This document shows, piece after piece, positions 11,803 to 24,499 of a stretch of DNA of 64,000 bases. Origin of the DNA: Isurus oxyrinchus (Eukaryota); the NCBI GenBank assembly GCA_026770705.1, contig JANJGN010000020.1, forward strand, positions 21,328,001 to 21,392,000, written 5' to 3'. Under the pieces are notes generated by a model. That model saw only the letters and a list, made by a program, of their open reading frames with translations, was not told where the DNA came from and searched no databases. The stretch's first letter is position 1, and every line of letters starts with the position of its first letter. Position numbers and translations under genes: made by a program.

Positions 11803-13410
11803 AACAGCAACAACTTATATTTATATAGCGCCTTTAATGTAATAAAAAAAGCCAAGGCTCTTCATTTGACCATAATAAAGTGTGACACTGAAACATATAA
11901 GGAGATATTATATGAGATGACCAACAGCTTGGTCACAGAGAAAGACTCATAGATGTTTACAGCATAGCAGGAGGCCATTCGGCCCATCATGTCCACGCTG
12001 GTCAGCAAAGATCTGACTAGGTTTTAAGGAGGAATGTCTTAAAGGAGAAAAGCAAGATAGAGAGGCAAAGATACATAGGGGAGGAATTCTAGAGCTTGGC
12101 CTAGGTAACTGAAGGTATGGCCACCAATGGTGGAATAATTAAAATTGGGGATGCTCAAAAATCCAAAAATGGAGGAGTGCTGGTATCTCAGAGGGTAAAT
12201 TTGGTAGCTAGGGAATGCACTTTGGAGCGGTGACTAAAAATACTGGCTTCTGTCTTCCCAATATTTAATTGGAGGAAATTTCTGCTCATCCAATACTGGA
12301 TGTCAGTCTGATAATTTAGCAACAGCATCGAGAGGTGGGGCAGAATTTTACATTCCCTCACCAGCGGGTTTATAAACGAGGGGGTAGCCATAAAATTCCT
12401 CAGATGGCCTTCCCGCCAGGTTTCTGTTCCGACTGCTCCACAATTTTAGGCTGGGAAGGGTGTGGCCTAGGCCAGCTGATCTGCCCTTGCCCCAGTTGAG
12501 GCCCTTAAATGGCCAATTATTGACTGCTTAAAGGCCATTTCCTGCCCAGCCTCAATTTTTAGGTTGGTAGGCAGGTGGGGGAAGCGTGAAGCCTGAAAAG
12601 TGACCCTGTTCAGGCCTGGAGCAGCAAGATTGAGGGGTGGGGGGTGGCATCAACAGCTTTCCTTTCAACATCGAGTGGTCACACTCCCCAAAAGGGCTGG
12701 CCCCTGCAGTTCCTTCCTCCCCCAACCCTGGCCTCTCGACCAACTGCCCAACCTGCTCTGCCCTCCTCTCCTAGGCCTCACATCCCCTCCCCATGCTGAG
12801 ACCCTCAAAATTTACCTGGTCTTGTGGCACTGCAGGGACTAGGGAGCTGCCGGCCAATCAGATTGACCAGCAGCTCTCAAAGCCGGGACTTCCTCCTGAG
12901 TGAGGGGAGGAAGTCTCGCCTCCTGGCAATTAACATTTGTTGGAGTGTTAAATGGCTGTGGTGCAGGCTGTATTGGCGGGGATGTGTTCTCTGCCATCTC
13001 CAGATGTCTGGAAGGCAAAATCCACCACCCTATAAATCCTGGCCATGATGGAGAGATAGAGTTGTCAGCTTACATGTGAAAATTAACACTGTTGCTTTTG
13101 GATGACGTTGCCAAGAAGCAGCATGTCGATGAGAAATAGGAGGGTGCCAAGGATAGCTCCTTGGGGGACATCAGAGCTAACAGTATAGGAGCAGAAAGAG
13201 AAAATATTGCAAGTGATTCTCTGGCTACAATTAGGTAGACAAGAATGGAACCAGGTGAGAGCAGTCCCACCCAGCTGGACGATGTTGGATTGGCTTTGGA
13301 GGGGAATGGTGAGGTAAACTGTGTCAAAGGCTGCAGACAGGTGGAGAAGGACAAGGTGGAAAGGTTTACCTTTATCACAGTCAAATAAGATGTCATTTGT
13401 GAATGCCAAA
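11803..13410 (-). mobile_element. L2 LINE (RT to 3' end) interrupted by a MITE and a short CR1 tail
   Basis: RT motifs HLSAAFDTV and VPQGAILGTLLF (13083-13409) continue as DIQYWMSRNFLQLNIGKTE (12188-12337). L2 tail at ~11805. Confidence 0.85.
12338..13044. mobile_element. Harbinger-type MITE nested in L2 RT
   Basis: gggcagaatttta ... tataaatcctggcc with 3-bp flanks GTG/ATG. The L2 sequence rejoins when it is removed. Confidence 0.8.
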
Positions 13411-15319
13411 ATTAGTGATTAAATTTTTAAAATATGATGACGAGCAATGCTAGTGATATCAACTGTGAATTACAGGATGGCGGCAGGCATGGAGATTACT
13501 GTGCACATGTGTGAGATGATGCACTACTAATAAACCACCAGCCTTAACTGGTTAAATGCTGCCTATGTCATTATCAAGTGCAACCAATATTTTAACTGGC
13601 ATCAGTGTCACTGTTTCAAAACAAAGAAGTGACATTCTGAAAGTTGGTTTTCTCAAGCAAATGTTTGGAATCTTGAGCAGAGTTAGTTTGAAAGTACACT
13701 GGCGTGGGTCCACATCATTATTTTTATAACAAGTGGAACAGAGTGCTCCGTAACATTTCTTTTAATATCAAGGGTTACTAGAGTAAAGGAAATACTATTG
13801 TTCGCCTTTCTGTAAATAGAAAGTTTGATTTTACAGGTCTGATCTACATGGCTCATTGGATAACCAATTCTACACGTTAAATGAAAAACAAATCTCAGTT
13901 TAAAAAAACCACATAAATGGTGTATAGAAATCAAATGGGATTTAACCCCATGAAATAATTATGTTCATTCTTTGTGACCAAATCCACACAATAAGAACAA
14001 AGGAACAATAGGTGATTATTTGGCCACATACCTCCCAAGCCTGTTTACTGCACAATTTTATATGTGAATATTACAGTGAACCAATAAATCACACTGCAGG
14101 AATGCATTATGTATGCCAGTGCAGTTTGTTCAGGATGCTGTCCTTTTAACGTCTGGGCAAAGCAACAGCGTAAGCCTCTAGTGCGGATATCTGCTATAAT
14201 CAGAATGACTGAACCCCGCTCTCTGAACAATGAAGGCCACCTTGGATGTGACAAAGCTATTCCAACCTCAGCAGGTCCAAATTGGCTGAGGAAATGATTT
14301 TTGACAAGCATTTCTGGATTGAGGTTTTATGCAATCAGTATCTGGTAGTGACAGGAACCACTCAGTATCCTGTGAAGGAAAACAGCTGACACGAGAGCAA
14401 TTTCAGCTTTCCCCTTTTAATCATGCTTTCTAATGTACTGCCAATGCACCTCTGTCCTGGCCATGATAAGATTAGTACACTAAATCTAAGGGAACTGACT
14501 GCTCACAAATTCTAGTTCCACAACCTTCCTTGTGTTCCTGTAGATTAATTTGACTGCAAAATTACTTTTTAGCACGCAATGGAACAAAGAGGAGTCTACA
14601 GTTGCTCTCATTAATGAGGTTTGCAATAGTTTTCAAAGAATTTACATTTTAGAGAGATTAAACTTATATATAAATGTATTCAGAATGATTCATATAATTT
14701 CAGAGAAAAAGTAAAGCTTTCAATTTTTATCTAAATAATGCTGTATCAATGGCTCATCTAAGGTTCAAACATTTAAATGCTATTTCAGTTAATACAAAAA
14801 TGGCATTGGTGGTAAATGAATAATTCCATTGGAAGTTAAGTGGGCAATGTACATCTATCAGTTGGATTGTGGAACCATTAATTCAACAGTCAATTTATTG
14901 CACTTGTTAAAAATGTAAAGTTACCTTATTAAAATTCTAAACAGTATAGTTTCCAATAACTTGAACTGTTTGTTGATGAGGAAAGGGGAAGGATTCATTG
15001 TAAAGAAAATCCATTATGAGCCTCCTTTATTCATTTGCCATTATTGGTACTGACTTGATCCTTTAATTTCATCTTCTATAACTTTTGATATAACTAAGTT
15101 TCTCTCCTGCCTTTCCTTATGGCATTAGCTCTTGGCTTGAATATGGATTCATAGGTGTTGAGTACTCTCCAGTACCTTCTCAATTCATCACCTCTCCATT
15201 CCTCTGATGCTGGCCTGTTGTGCAGTTCCCTTGCTCTCTTTGTCTCACTATTGGCAGCAGTCCCTTCATCCACCCAGGCTTGATGCTCTGGAACTCCTTC
15301 CCTAAATTTCTTCGCCATT

Positions 15320-16090
15320 TAGAAAGAAACGACCTGCATTTACATAGTGTCTTCTACATTCTCAGGATACCCCAAAATCCTTCAAAGCCAATGAATTACT
15401 GTTGTATAGTTCCTGGGATAATATAGGGATATTGAGGTAATCAATGTATGCACAGCAAGAATCCACAACCATCAATGTGATAAATGACCAAATGATCTGT
15501 TTTATGGCAGTGTTGTTTGAATGATAAATGGTGGACAGGATACCAGGAGAATTGCCCTGATCTTTGAATAGTGCCATGGGACATTTACCTCCAACACAGA
15601 GAAGATGCAAGGCCTTAGTTTCACAGTTGTATGGCACCTCAGAGAGTGCAGCACTTACTCAATATTGAAAGATTTGGATCTATATAGTGCCTTGCAATAC
15701 CAATGAAGTTTTTTTGAAGTATAATCACTGTTGTAATGTAGAAAATGTTTTTCCCCCACAAACTCCCACAAGCAGCAACGTGATAACAACCAGATAATCT
15801 GCTTTTGTGATGTTAATTGAAGGATAAATATTGGCCAGGATAATGGGGATAACTCCCCTGCTCTTCTTTGAAATAGTGCCATGGTATTTTGTTTTTGTAT
15901 CCACCTGAGACATCACATAGGCCTTAGTTTACTGTCTCATCAGAAAGCTGGCATCTCTAACAGTGCAGCATTCCCTCAGTTCTTCACTGGAGTGTTAACC
16001 TTGATTTTTGTACTCAGGTTCTGGAGTGAACATGAGTCCACAACCTTGTAACTTAGAGACAAAAGTACCACCACTGAGAAATGACTGACA
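15320..16090 (-). mobile_element. two adjacent Deu-domain-like SINEs (SacSINE1-like) with L2-type tail
   Basis: Repeated core cacaagcagcaa...gaccagataatctg...gaatagtgccatgg. tRNA-like head at ~16020-16090 (minus strand). Family name from recall. Confidence 0.7.
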
Positions 16091-16091
16091 C

Positions 16092-16920
16092 TTACAATCA
16101 AGGGAAGGTCATTGACGAAGCAGCTAAAGATGGTTGATCCTAGGACATTGCCCTGAGGAATCCCACAGCAATGCTCTGTGGATGAGATGATTGGCTTCGA
16201 TCGACCACAACCATCTTCCTTTGTGCTCAGCATGACTTTAGCTAGTGAAGAGTTTGGAGAATTTTTACCTGATTTTCATTGATTTACCAGGGCTCCTTGA
16301 TGCCACAATTGGTCAACTGCTGCTTTTATTTCAAGGGTGGTCACTCAGCTCTGTAATTCAGTTTGTTTGCCCATGTTTGGATCAAGGCATTAATGAGATC
16401 TGGAGTGATTAGTGCCAAAACTCAATACTGAGCATCAGGGAACAGGTTATTGGTAAGTGTTGCTTGATAGCACTGTTGATGACCCCTTCCATCACTTTAT
16501 TGTTCATTAAGAGTAGATTGATGTGGTGGTAATTGGCCGGATTGGATTTGTCCTTCTTTTTATGCGCAGGGCACACCTGGGCAATTTTCCAGTTTGCAAG
16601 ATAAATACCAGTGTTGTAGCTATATCGGAACAGCTTGGCTAGAAGCATGGCTAGTTCTGGAGCACAGGTCTTCAGCGCTGCAGCTGGGATGTTATTGGGG
16701 CCCATAGCCTTGAGGTATCCAGTGTAGTCAAACTGGCTTGTGTGATGGTGAGGATCTCAGGAGGAGGTTGAGATGGATTTTCCACTTGGCACTTTTGTTT
16801 GGTGATAATTTCAAACGCATCAGCCATATATTTTTGCACTCACATTGGGCTCTGCCATCATTGAGGGTGAGAATGTTCATGGAGCCTCCTCCTGCAGCCT
16901 GTTGTCTAATTGTCCACTAC
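16092..16920 (-). mobile_element. LINE RT fragment (second CR1/L2-group family)
   Basis: GPNNIPAAALKTCAPELA...WKIAQVCPAHKKKDKSNPANY; GIPQGNVLGSTIFSCFVNDLP. Confidence 0.85.
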
Positions 16921-17092
16921 CAGTATACAGGTGGGGTGGGGTGGTGGGTAAAGTGCAGGATTCTTGTGAGGGAAAAATTATAAATCTAAAGAGAAACTTT
17001 AAACCACAGAGCAGTGTGGCAATTTGGCAGAATGTGACAGGGAGGGGCAAGAGGGTTAACAATAATAGTGCAGCAGTGAATAAGGTCAAATC

Positions 17093-17630
17093 AACAACAA
17101 CTTATATTTATATAATGCTTCACAGGAGCATTATAAAACAAAGTATGACACTGAGCCACAAAAGGAGACTTAGATCAGTGATCAAAAGCTTGGTCATAGA
17201 ATTAAGTTTCGAAAAGTATCTTAAAGAAAGCAAGGGAGAGAGGTAGAGTGAAATAGGGATGGAATTCCAGGCTTTGGGGCCTAGACTGAAGGCACGGCCA
17301 CCAATGGTGGAGCAATTATGATTGGGTCAGGCAGCATCTGTGGAGACAGAGTTAATGTTTTAGGTCCTTGGGTCATCTCAACCTTAAATGTTAACCCTGT
17401 TTCTCTCCACAGATGCTGCCTGACCTGCTGAGTATTTCCACCATTTTTTGTTTTTATTTCAGATCTCCAGTGTCCACAGTATTTTGCTTTTGTTTCAGTT
17501 ATGGATTGGAATGCACAAGAGGCCAGAATTAAGGAGCACAGATATCTTGAAGGGTTGTGGGGTTGGAGGAGATTATGAGAGATTGGGTGGGGCAAGGCCA
17601 CTGAGGGATTTGAAAACAAGATTGACCATA
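17093..17630 (-). mobile_element. L2 3' end carrying a Penelope-derived inverted insert (17326-17495)
   Basis: L2 tail caacaacaacttatatttatat. Insert is ggtcaggcagcatctgtggaga ... tctccacagatgctgcctgacc (inverted), flanked by caattatgattgg/cagttatggattgg. Confidence 0.75.
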
Positions 17631-17639
17631 CATCAGGGA

Positions 17640-18368
17640 AGAAACTAGTTTAGATCTTGTTTTGTGTAATGAGACAGGGTTAATTAGTAATCTCAAGTAA
17701 AGGATTTTCTGGGAAAGAGTGACCATATTATGATAGAATTTCACATTGATTTTGAGGGTAGTGTACATGGTGGTGCACATATGTCCAAAACTAGACCACT
17801 GAGGTTAAATAAGGCCACTTATACAGGTAAGAGGGCTGAGTTGGCTGAGGTAGATTGGGAAATTAGGTGAAAAGGTTTGATGGTGGGGGAGCAACAACAA
17901 AAATTTAAAGAAATATTTCATAATCCTCAACAAATTCCATTGAAAAATAAAATCTCCACAGGAAAAAAAGGTCCATCCATGGCTAACTGAAGAGGTTAAG
18001 AATAGTATTAGATTAAAAGAAGAGGTTTATAATATTGCTAAGATGAGTGATGAGCCTGAGGGTTGCAAGAGTTTTAGATACCATTAAAGAATGACTAAAA
18101 AAATTGATATAGAAGGAGAAAATAGAAGAGAGTAAACTAACCAGGAACATAAGAAACAATTGTAAAAGCTTCTATCATTATGTAAAAAGGAAGAGAGTAG
18201 CAAAAGTTAACTTGGGTCCCTTAGAAACTGAGATAGGAAAAATTATAATGGGGAATAAGGAAATAGCCAAAACATTGAACAAATATTTTGTCTGTCTTCA
18301 TAATGGAAGACAACCAAGAACATACCAGAAATTGTGGTAAACCAAGATTCTAGTCAATGTGAGGAACT
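17640..18368 (+). mobile_element. CR1 ORF2 fragment (endonuclease end / tether)
   Basis: Decayed LDLVLCNE..LI, SDHIMIEF, PWLTEEVK, LNKYFV segments. Confidence 0.75.
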
Positions 18369-18370
18369 GT

Positions 18371-18797
18371 ACATAAGAACATAAGAAATAGCAGCAGGAG
18401 TAGACAATTTGGCCCCTAGAGTCTTCTGTGCCATTCAATAAAATCTTGGCTGACCTGATCATGGGCTCAACTCCACTTTCCTGCCTCCCCACCACAACTC
18501 CCCCCCTCCCCCGCCCCTCCCATAACCCTCAACTCCCTTGAAGATCAAAAATCTGTCCAGCTCAGCCTTGAATATATTCAATGACCCGGCCTCCACTGTT
18601 CTTGATGGTAGAGAATTCAGAGATTAACTAACCTCAGAGAAGAAATTCTTCCTCACCTGCATCTTAAATGGGAGACCCCTTATTTTGAAACTGTCCCTCC
18701 TAGTTCTCGATTCCCCCACAGGTGAAACATTCTCTCAGCATTTACGGTGTCAAGCCCCCTCATCCCTTCTCATTATTCTAATCTCCAATACATATAG
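18371..18797 (-). mobile_element. CR1 3' end (antisense), continues at 22284-22415 after the Gypsy insertion
   Basis: acataagaacataagaaatagcagcaggagtag tail; the sequence resumes gtataggctcaacctgcttaacc at ~22287. Confidence 0.85.
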
Positions 18798-21700
18798 TGT
18801 AAAGGGTTAATGTAAATAGATAGTCTCCATCATAAGTGGTGTAAGATCGCATGACAATAGAGTATGCTGAGAGATAGTTCTATGTGAGACCCTGTGCTAA
18901 GCTTTATCCTATACATAGTTGGTAGACTAAATTTCATCAACAGCATTGCCTCTCCAGCCGTCTCTACTGATCCTAACCAAGGACAACCTCAGCTAAGACC
19001 CACAACGATGATAATAGGTGGTGACAGCAATAAAGACAACTAAACTGGCTCAGCAACTAACAAATGCAGCAAACAGAACAACTGCAAAGAAAGAACAGTG
19101 TGGGAACAAACACCAATAGAACTCGGAGAAAGGCCAGGTGAAGAAAAGCTCTGGAGAAAATCTTATCCTTACCAGGGTGCTTTGGACACATGGAATGCCT
19201 AGATCAAGCCAAGAAATGGCAGAACTGACATTGTAGTTTTACCAAGTACAGAACTGCTTCAAGCTAGCAGAGCAGTCCAGCAAGGAACAGGTGAGTACCT
19301 TTCTCTATGCCATGGGCAGGAGTGCAGATGATGTAATCCTCAGTCAGGCATAAATGAAGAAACAGCAACACAGGAAGATGTTATAAAATCCTTTTATGCC
19401 TATTCCTGCCTTGAAGGAACACAATCACAGAAAGGGCGAAGTTCGATAGATGTACTCAAAGACCGAGAGAAGGCATAGATTCCTTCATTAATGATTTATA
19501 TCGACTAGCTGAGAATTGTGAATAAAGATTAATTAATTAATTTGGGATCACACTGTTGTAGAGGAGACTTTATCAGATTTTCTACAGTGGAGGGAAGATT
19601 CAATGTGATCAAATGCTGTGCAGTTAACAAGACAGGTTGAAGTGAGACAGCTAAATTAGGTATCTATTTGAAGCGACAGGGAGATTTCATGGAGAAAAAT
19701 AAGTGACACGGTGCAGTTTGTAGGATATAGAAGTAGCGGCACATGTACCCAAAAACTGGGAAAGAGTGAAGAGGGTGTGGTAGCCACCATTACTCAGTGT
19801 TCTTGCTGTAGCGGGAAAAGGTTGCATCAGTGCAGTATCCCAGCAAAAATGCTCACTGCCATTCCTGTAAGAAGAGAAGACATTTTAAAGCTGTATGCCA
19901 CAGCAAAAAGCTCCTAACTCAGAAATTTAAGGAGAAACCAATTAAAGTATGTAGCATTCAAGAAATTGAAGATGCAAAAGTGCCATTCTTGGGAAAAACT
20001 ACAGGATCTAATGGGAACGATTGGAGTGCAGACATTATGGTCCATGGACATAACACAAACTTCAAATTAAACACTGGAGCAGGATTTTCAGTTCTTTGAG
20101 ACACAGAACAATGGCTAAAGCAAGACTTCCTCCAACAATCGACCATATGACTCCATGGTCCATCAAGCATTCAACTGAAGATCAAGGGATAGTTGACTGT
20201 TACACTTCAGTACAAAGGAAGAGAAATCACAGGAACATTGTATGTGACCCATAATGAAGCGTGTTCACCATTAAACCAGAGAGCTTTCACAGGACTACAA
20301 CTCACCTATAAATTAGATGAACTGGGAAGTCAAGACAAATGAAAGAATTCAGGACAGAATTTCCAAACTTATTTCGAGGTCTTGAGAAGACTGAAATTCT
20401 GAAGTGGGGGCACCAGATAGAATCAAGTGAAAACCTTGAGAAAACCAGGGAGAAGATTTCCCTGAACAACAGGTGAAGAAATCATAAGTTACTTACCAGA
20501 AAGGGCAGCTCACATCAAGCAAGAAACGGTTGGACAACCTTGAACACCAGAACAAAAGAGACAATCCTGATTAAGAGGACTTCAATTTTGTTGAAGATAT
20601 AGAATCCTATACTTCGTTGGCCACAAAATGTCTATCAGTTACAACACAGAGGCTGAATGAAATTCAAAGGCACAAATAGCAGTGAAGAATGTGCTAAATT
20701 TCAAGAATACTGCACAAAAAGATGGCCAGATTGCATTCCAAATAATCTCATCCTGAAGCAATACTTCAAGCAATGAAGACATCTCTTGCTGATTATGATG
20801 AGGGATTGGTCATACCTGGAGTCCTCAGGCTCTAGATTCTTCAGAGAATACACCAGGGGCACCTGGGCATTACAAAGTGTCATGCTAGAGCACAAAATTC
20901 CAGGGATCTCAAAATCAAAGGAAGAAATTATTTCAAACTGCATCACTTGTGCAATCTATTGCCAGAAGCAAAGAGAACCACTGAGGGTATCCTCATTTCT
21001 GTTCAGAACATGGGAACATCTCGGAATGGATCTTTTCGACTTCAAAGTTAAGACATTCCTTATGGTTGTTGACTATTACTCCAGATGGTTGAGGTTAAGC
21101 ATCTACATGGTACCACTTCTGTATCTGTCATTACATAACAAATTAAATTTTTGCCATGCATGACAGTCTCAACCTAGTCATTCCAGACAATGGCCCATTG
21201 TTTGTCAACAAATATTTTAAGCAGTTTACATAAGCCTTTGGGTTTGTCCACGTGTCTAGTTCACCCAGATACCCATAAGCTAATGGGGAGGCCAAACGAG
21301 GAATGAGATGGTGCAGACTTTGTTGAAGAAAAATGACAATATCAACTTAGCACTGTAGAGCTACCATTCCACATCATTTCAGAATGGCCTGGCTCCATCC
21401 AAAATTCTAATGGGAAGACTTTGTTGAAGAAAAATGACAATATCAATTTAGCACTGTTGAGCTACCATTCCACATCATTTCAGAATGGCCTGGCTCCATC
21501 CAAAATTCTAATGTGGACTCAACTTCCTGTTCTTCCTCACACCCTTATGCCATGCCTCAAAGCAACAAATATATAGAGAGTAAAGGAGAAGGAGGATGAA
21601 TATTGTACAATTCAAACCAGAAACTATAATAAAGGCCATAGACTACATAGCTACCAGAGCTTCAGCAAGGGGAATCAGTATGGATTTGTGACCAAAATCG

Positions 21701-22283
21701 TGAAGATCGCGATCTTATGTTGTGGAGACCAAAAATAGAAAACTGAGAAGAAACAGAAGTGCATTTGTATCTACAAGAAAACTTTCAATGGAATGGACCA
21801 GCTACCCAGAAGATCAGTAAGATGACCCAGAACAGCGAGCTACCAGTCTCCAATGATTCATATAGTACTCTACTAAGTTCAAGAGAGAACTTGGAGAACT
21901 TGAATTCTATGCATCCTCCTAGAGAGCTGAGAACAAGGTTGGGGAGATTGGTGAAACCGCCACAACAGTTATCTTTGTGAACCAGGGATGAAGACAGAGA
22001 CCTTGGGGGGAGATGTAAGATAATGTAAGTAATGTATTTAATGGAGTTAGGGACTTGGGGGGGGATATGTAAATAGACAGCCTACATTATTAGTGATGTA
22101 AGATCACCTAATAATAATATGCTGAGAGATAGTCCCATATGAAGACTCATGCTAAGCCTTATACTGTACATAGTTTGAAGAATGTTTAATAAAACTTAAA
22201 GTTTACCAACAGCCTTGCCTCCAGCAGTCTCTGTTGATCCTAACCAAGGACAATCTCAGCTATGGCCCACAGCAATGATAACA
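18798..22283 (+). mobile_element. Gypsy/Ty3 LTR retrotransposon, internally deleted (gag-PR-IN, no RT/RNase H)
   Basis: LTRs 18798-19016 and 22068-22283 (TGT...ACA, colinear). PBS-like tggtgacagc at 19019 and G-rich PPT before the 3' LTR. Gag knuckle HCHSCKKRRHFKAVC, protease FKLNTGA, integrase CITC..WEHLGMDLF..VVDYYSRW. Confidence 0.9.
21315..21513 (+). repeat. 101-bp tandem duplication inside the Gypsy integrase region
   Basis: agactttgttgaagaaaaatgac...aaaattctaatg occurs at 21315 and 21416, nearly identical. Confidence 0.95.
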
Positions 22284-22419
22284 GAAGTATAGGCTCAACC
22301 TGCTTAACCTTTCCTCATCAGACAACTCCTTCATTCCAGGAATCAACCAAATGAACCTTCTCTGTACAGCATCCAATGCAAATATATTGCTCCTAACATA
22401 GGAGACCAAAACTGTGCCA

Positions 22420-23395
22420 TTGGTTGTGGGCTTGCTTAGCTGTGTCTATCGTATGATTCTCCCACTATATAGCATGCATGTTGTCCTGTGTCATAGGTTC
22501 ACCAAGTTGGCATTTTATTTTTAGGTATGTCTGGTACTTTCCCTAGCTTGCCCTCCGACACCTCCCATTAAACTAGTGTTGTTCCCCTGGCTTGATACTA
22601 ATGGTAGAGTGAGGGATATGCCAAGCAAAAAGGTTACAGATTGTGGTGGAATATAATTCTGCTGCTGTTGATGGCCAAAATGCCAAACAGATGTCCAGTT
22701 TTGAGCTGTTAGATCTGTTCTGAATCTATCCAAGTTAGCATGATGGTAGCGCCATACAACACATTGGAGAGGGCCCTCAGAGCGAAGGCAGGATTTTGTC
22801 TTCACAAGTGCTGTGCAATGGTCGCCCTATCAATGCTGTCATGGAAAAATACGTCCATGTTAGTTATACTGGTGAGGATGAGGCCAAGTAGAATTTTCCC
22901 TTTTATTAATTTTCTTACCACCTGCTGCAGGCCCAGTCTGGCAGATATATCCTTCAGAATTCAGCCAGCATAGCCAACAGTGAGTCATTCTTGGTGATGG
23001 ACAGTGAAGCAGAATAAATTCTATGCCTTTGCTTCCCTCAGTGCTTCTTCCAAGTAGTGTTCAACATGGAGGAGTCAACATGATCCATGTGAGGGAAGAA
23101 GGTAGGTGGTAATAAACAGAAGGTTTCCTTGCCCATGTTTGGCCTGATGCCATGAGGCTTTATGGAATCCAGAGGCAACGTTGGGAACTTGCAGGGCCAC
23201 TCACTTCTGACTGTCTACCACTATTCCGTCACCTCTATCTCTCCTGATGCGACAGCTTATACCCAGGGTGGTGATGGAGGATTTTGGGACATTGGCTGAA
23301 AGGTAATGATTCTGTGAGTATGACTACATCAGGCTGTTGCTTGACTTGTATGTCGGATAGCTCTCTCAACTTTGGCACAAGTCCCCCGATGTTAA
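22420..23395 (-). mobile_element. LINE endonuclease-region fragment (second family)
   Basis: VWRYHHANLDRFRTDLTAQNW and decayed APE segments on the minus strand. Confidence 0.7.
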
Positions 23396-23810
23396 TCTTA
23401 GCAATCTGGCATTTCCCTGCCAGGAAACTGCACTGACATATGATTCACGAGATTTTCAATATTGCAATGTGTTTCCTCCAAGTAGGGAGGTATACAGTTA
23501 AAGATCAATCGAGAGTGAAAAATCATCTGATGTACGTATTCTTTAATAAAACAAACCAACATTTTTATCTGGACATGAACAGATCAGTTTTGCTACATTT
23601 CCCATCTATTTAGTTTTTCCTACTTTAAACTTTTGCATTTAGTTACCTTCATCCATGTAGAACAACCACTGTGTAACTGGTCATCAGGAGATAGGCGAAG
23701 GACATTTATACTAAGTTGCCCAAAGGCTTTCTTTTTCTTGCCATACATTCACTCAGTAACTCCCCCTGCTGGCCAGGTATTCCTTCAAATTGATCATTTG
23801 TGGAAACATT

Positions 23811-24400
23811 GGGCTGAATTTTACTGGCCCATTAGAGTCAGGCTAGGAGTCAAGAGGACTGGCAATATGGCAGGGGGAGAGGTCGGGAGGGGAGCCCAAC
23901 ATCTTTTTTTTTATTATTCATTCGTGGGATGTGGGCATCGCTGGCTGGGCCAGCATTTATTGCCCATCCCTAATTGCCCTTGAGATACATACCCCTGGGT
24001 ATGTATCTTCCCGCCACCATGGCACATTGCCAGTGGCTGAAACCTTAACAGCACTGCCAATGAGCCACATTACAATCAAATTAAGCTCAACTTCCTGCTC
24101 CCGGGGGCACGTTAGGAGGGCCCACCTCTGAGTGGGGAAACTGTCAGGTAAATCCTTGCAGCCTTCCAGTAGGTTCCAATAGGTTGGGATCCTCCTTTAT
24201 GGGAACTCCATAGCAATGGGTGCCCCCCCCTCTGCCCCCACCCAGCAATGGCACCACTGGTGCATCACAAGACTGCCCTGCACTCCCCTTGCCAGTTGCC
24301 AGGGCCTTCCTGCCAGGTCCCCGGCTTCCTCCCAAAAACCTACCTTCTCTTTGAGGCAGTTGAGGCACCCTTTCCCTGGTGCCAGTCTGGGTAGTGGGAA
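23811..24400. mobile_element. Harbinger-type MITE, right end lost, with a short LINE tail inserted at ~23903-23985
   Basis: gggctgaatttt TIR at 23811; ccagcatttattgcccatccctaattgcccttgag LINE tail. Confidence 0.65.
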
Positions 24401-24499
24401 GTATTCAAAATCAAGATTCAGTGTAGGCATGGCCTCACAAAGAAAAAGAGTGGTCTTGCCAAACCTAAGGCTCCTTAAATTATCTAGAAGCATACTGGG

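Noticed and set aside
16020-16090. tRNA gene-like A/B boxes (also ~170-228, ~35595-35673, ~37490-37545)
   Set aside because: SINE heads attached to SINE bodies; no cloverleaf evident
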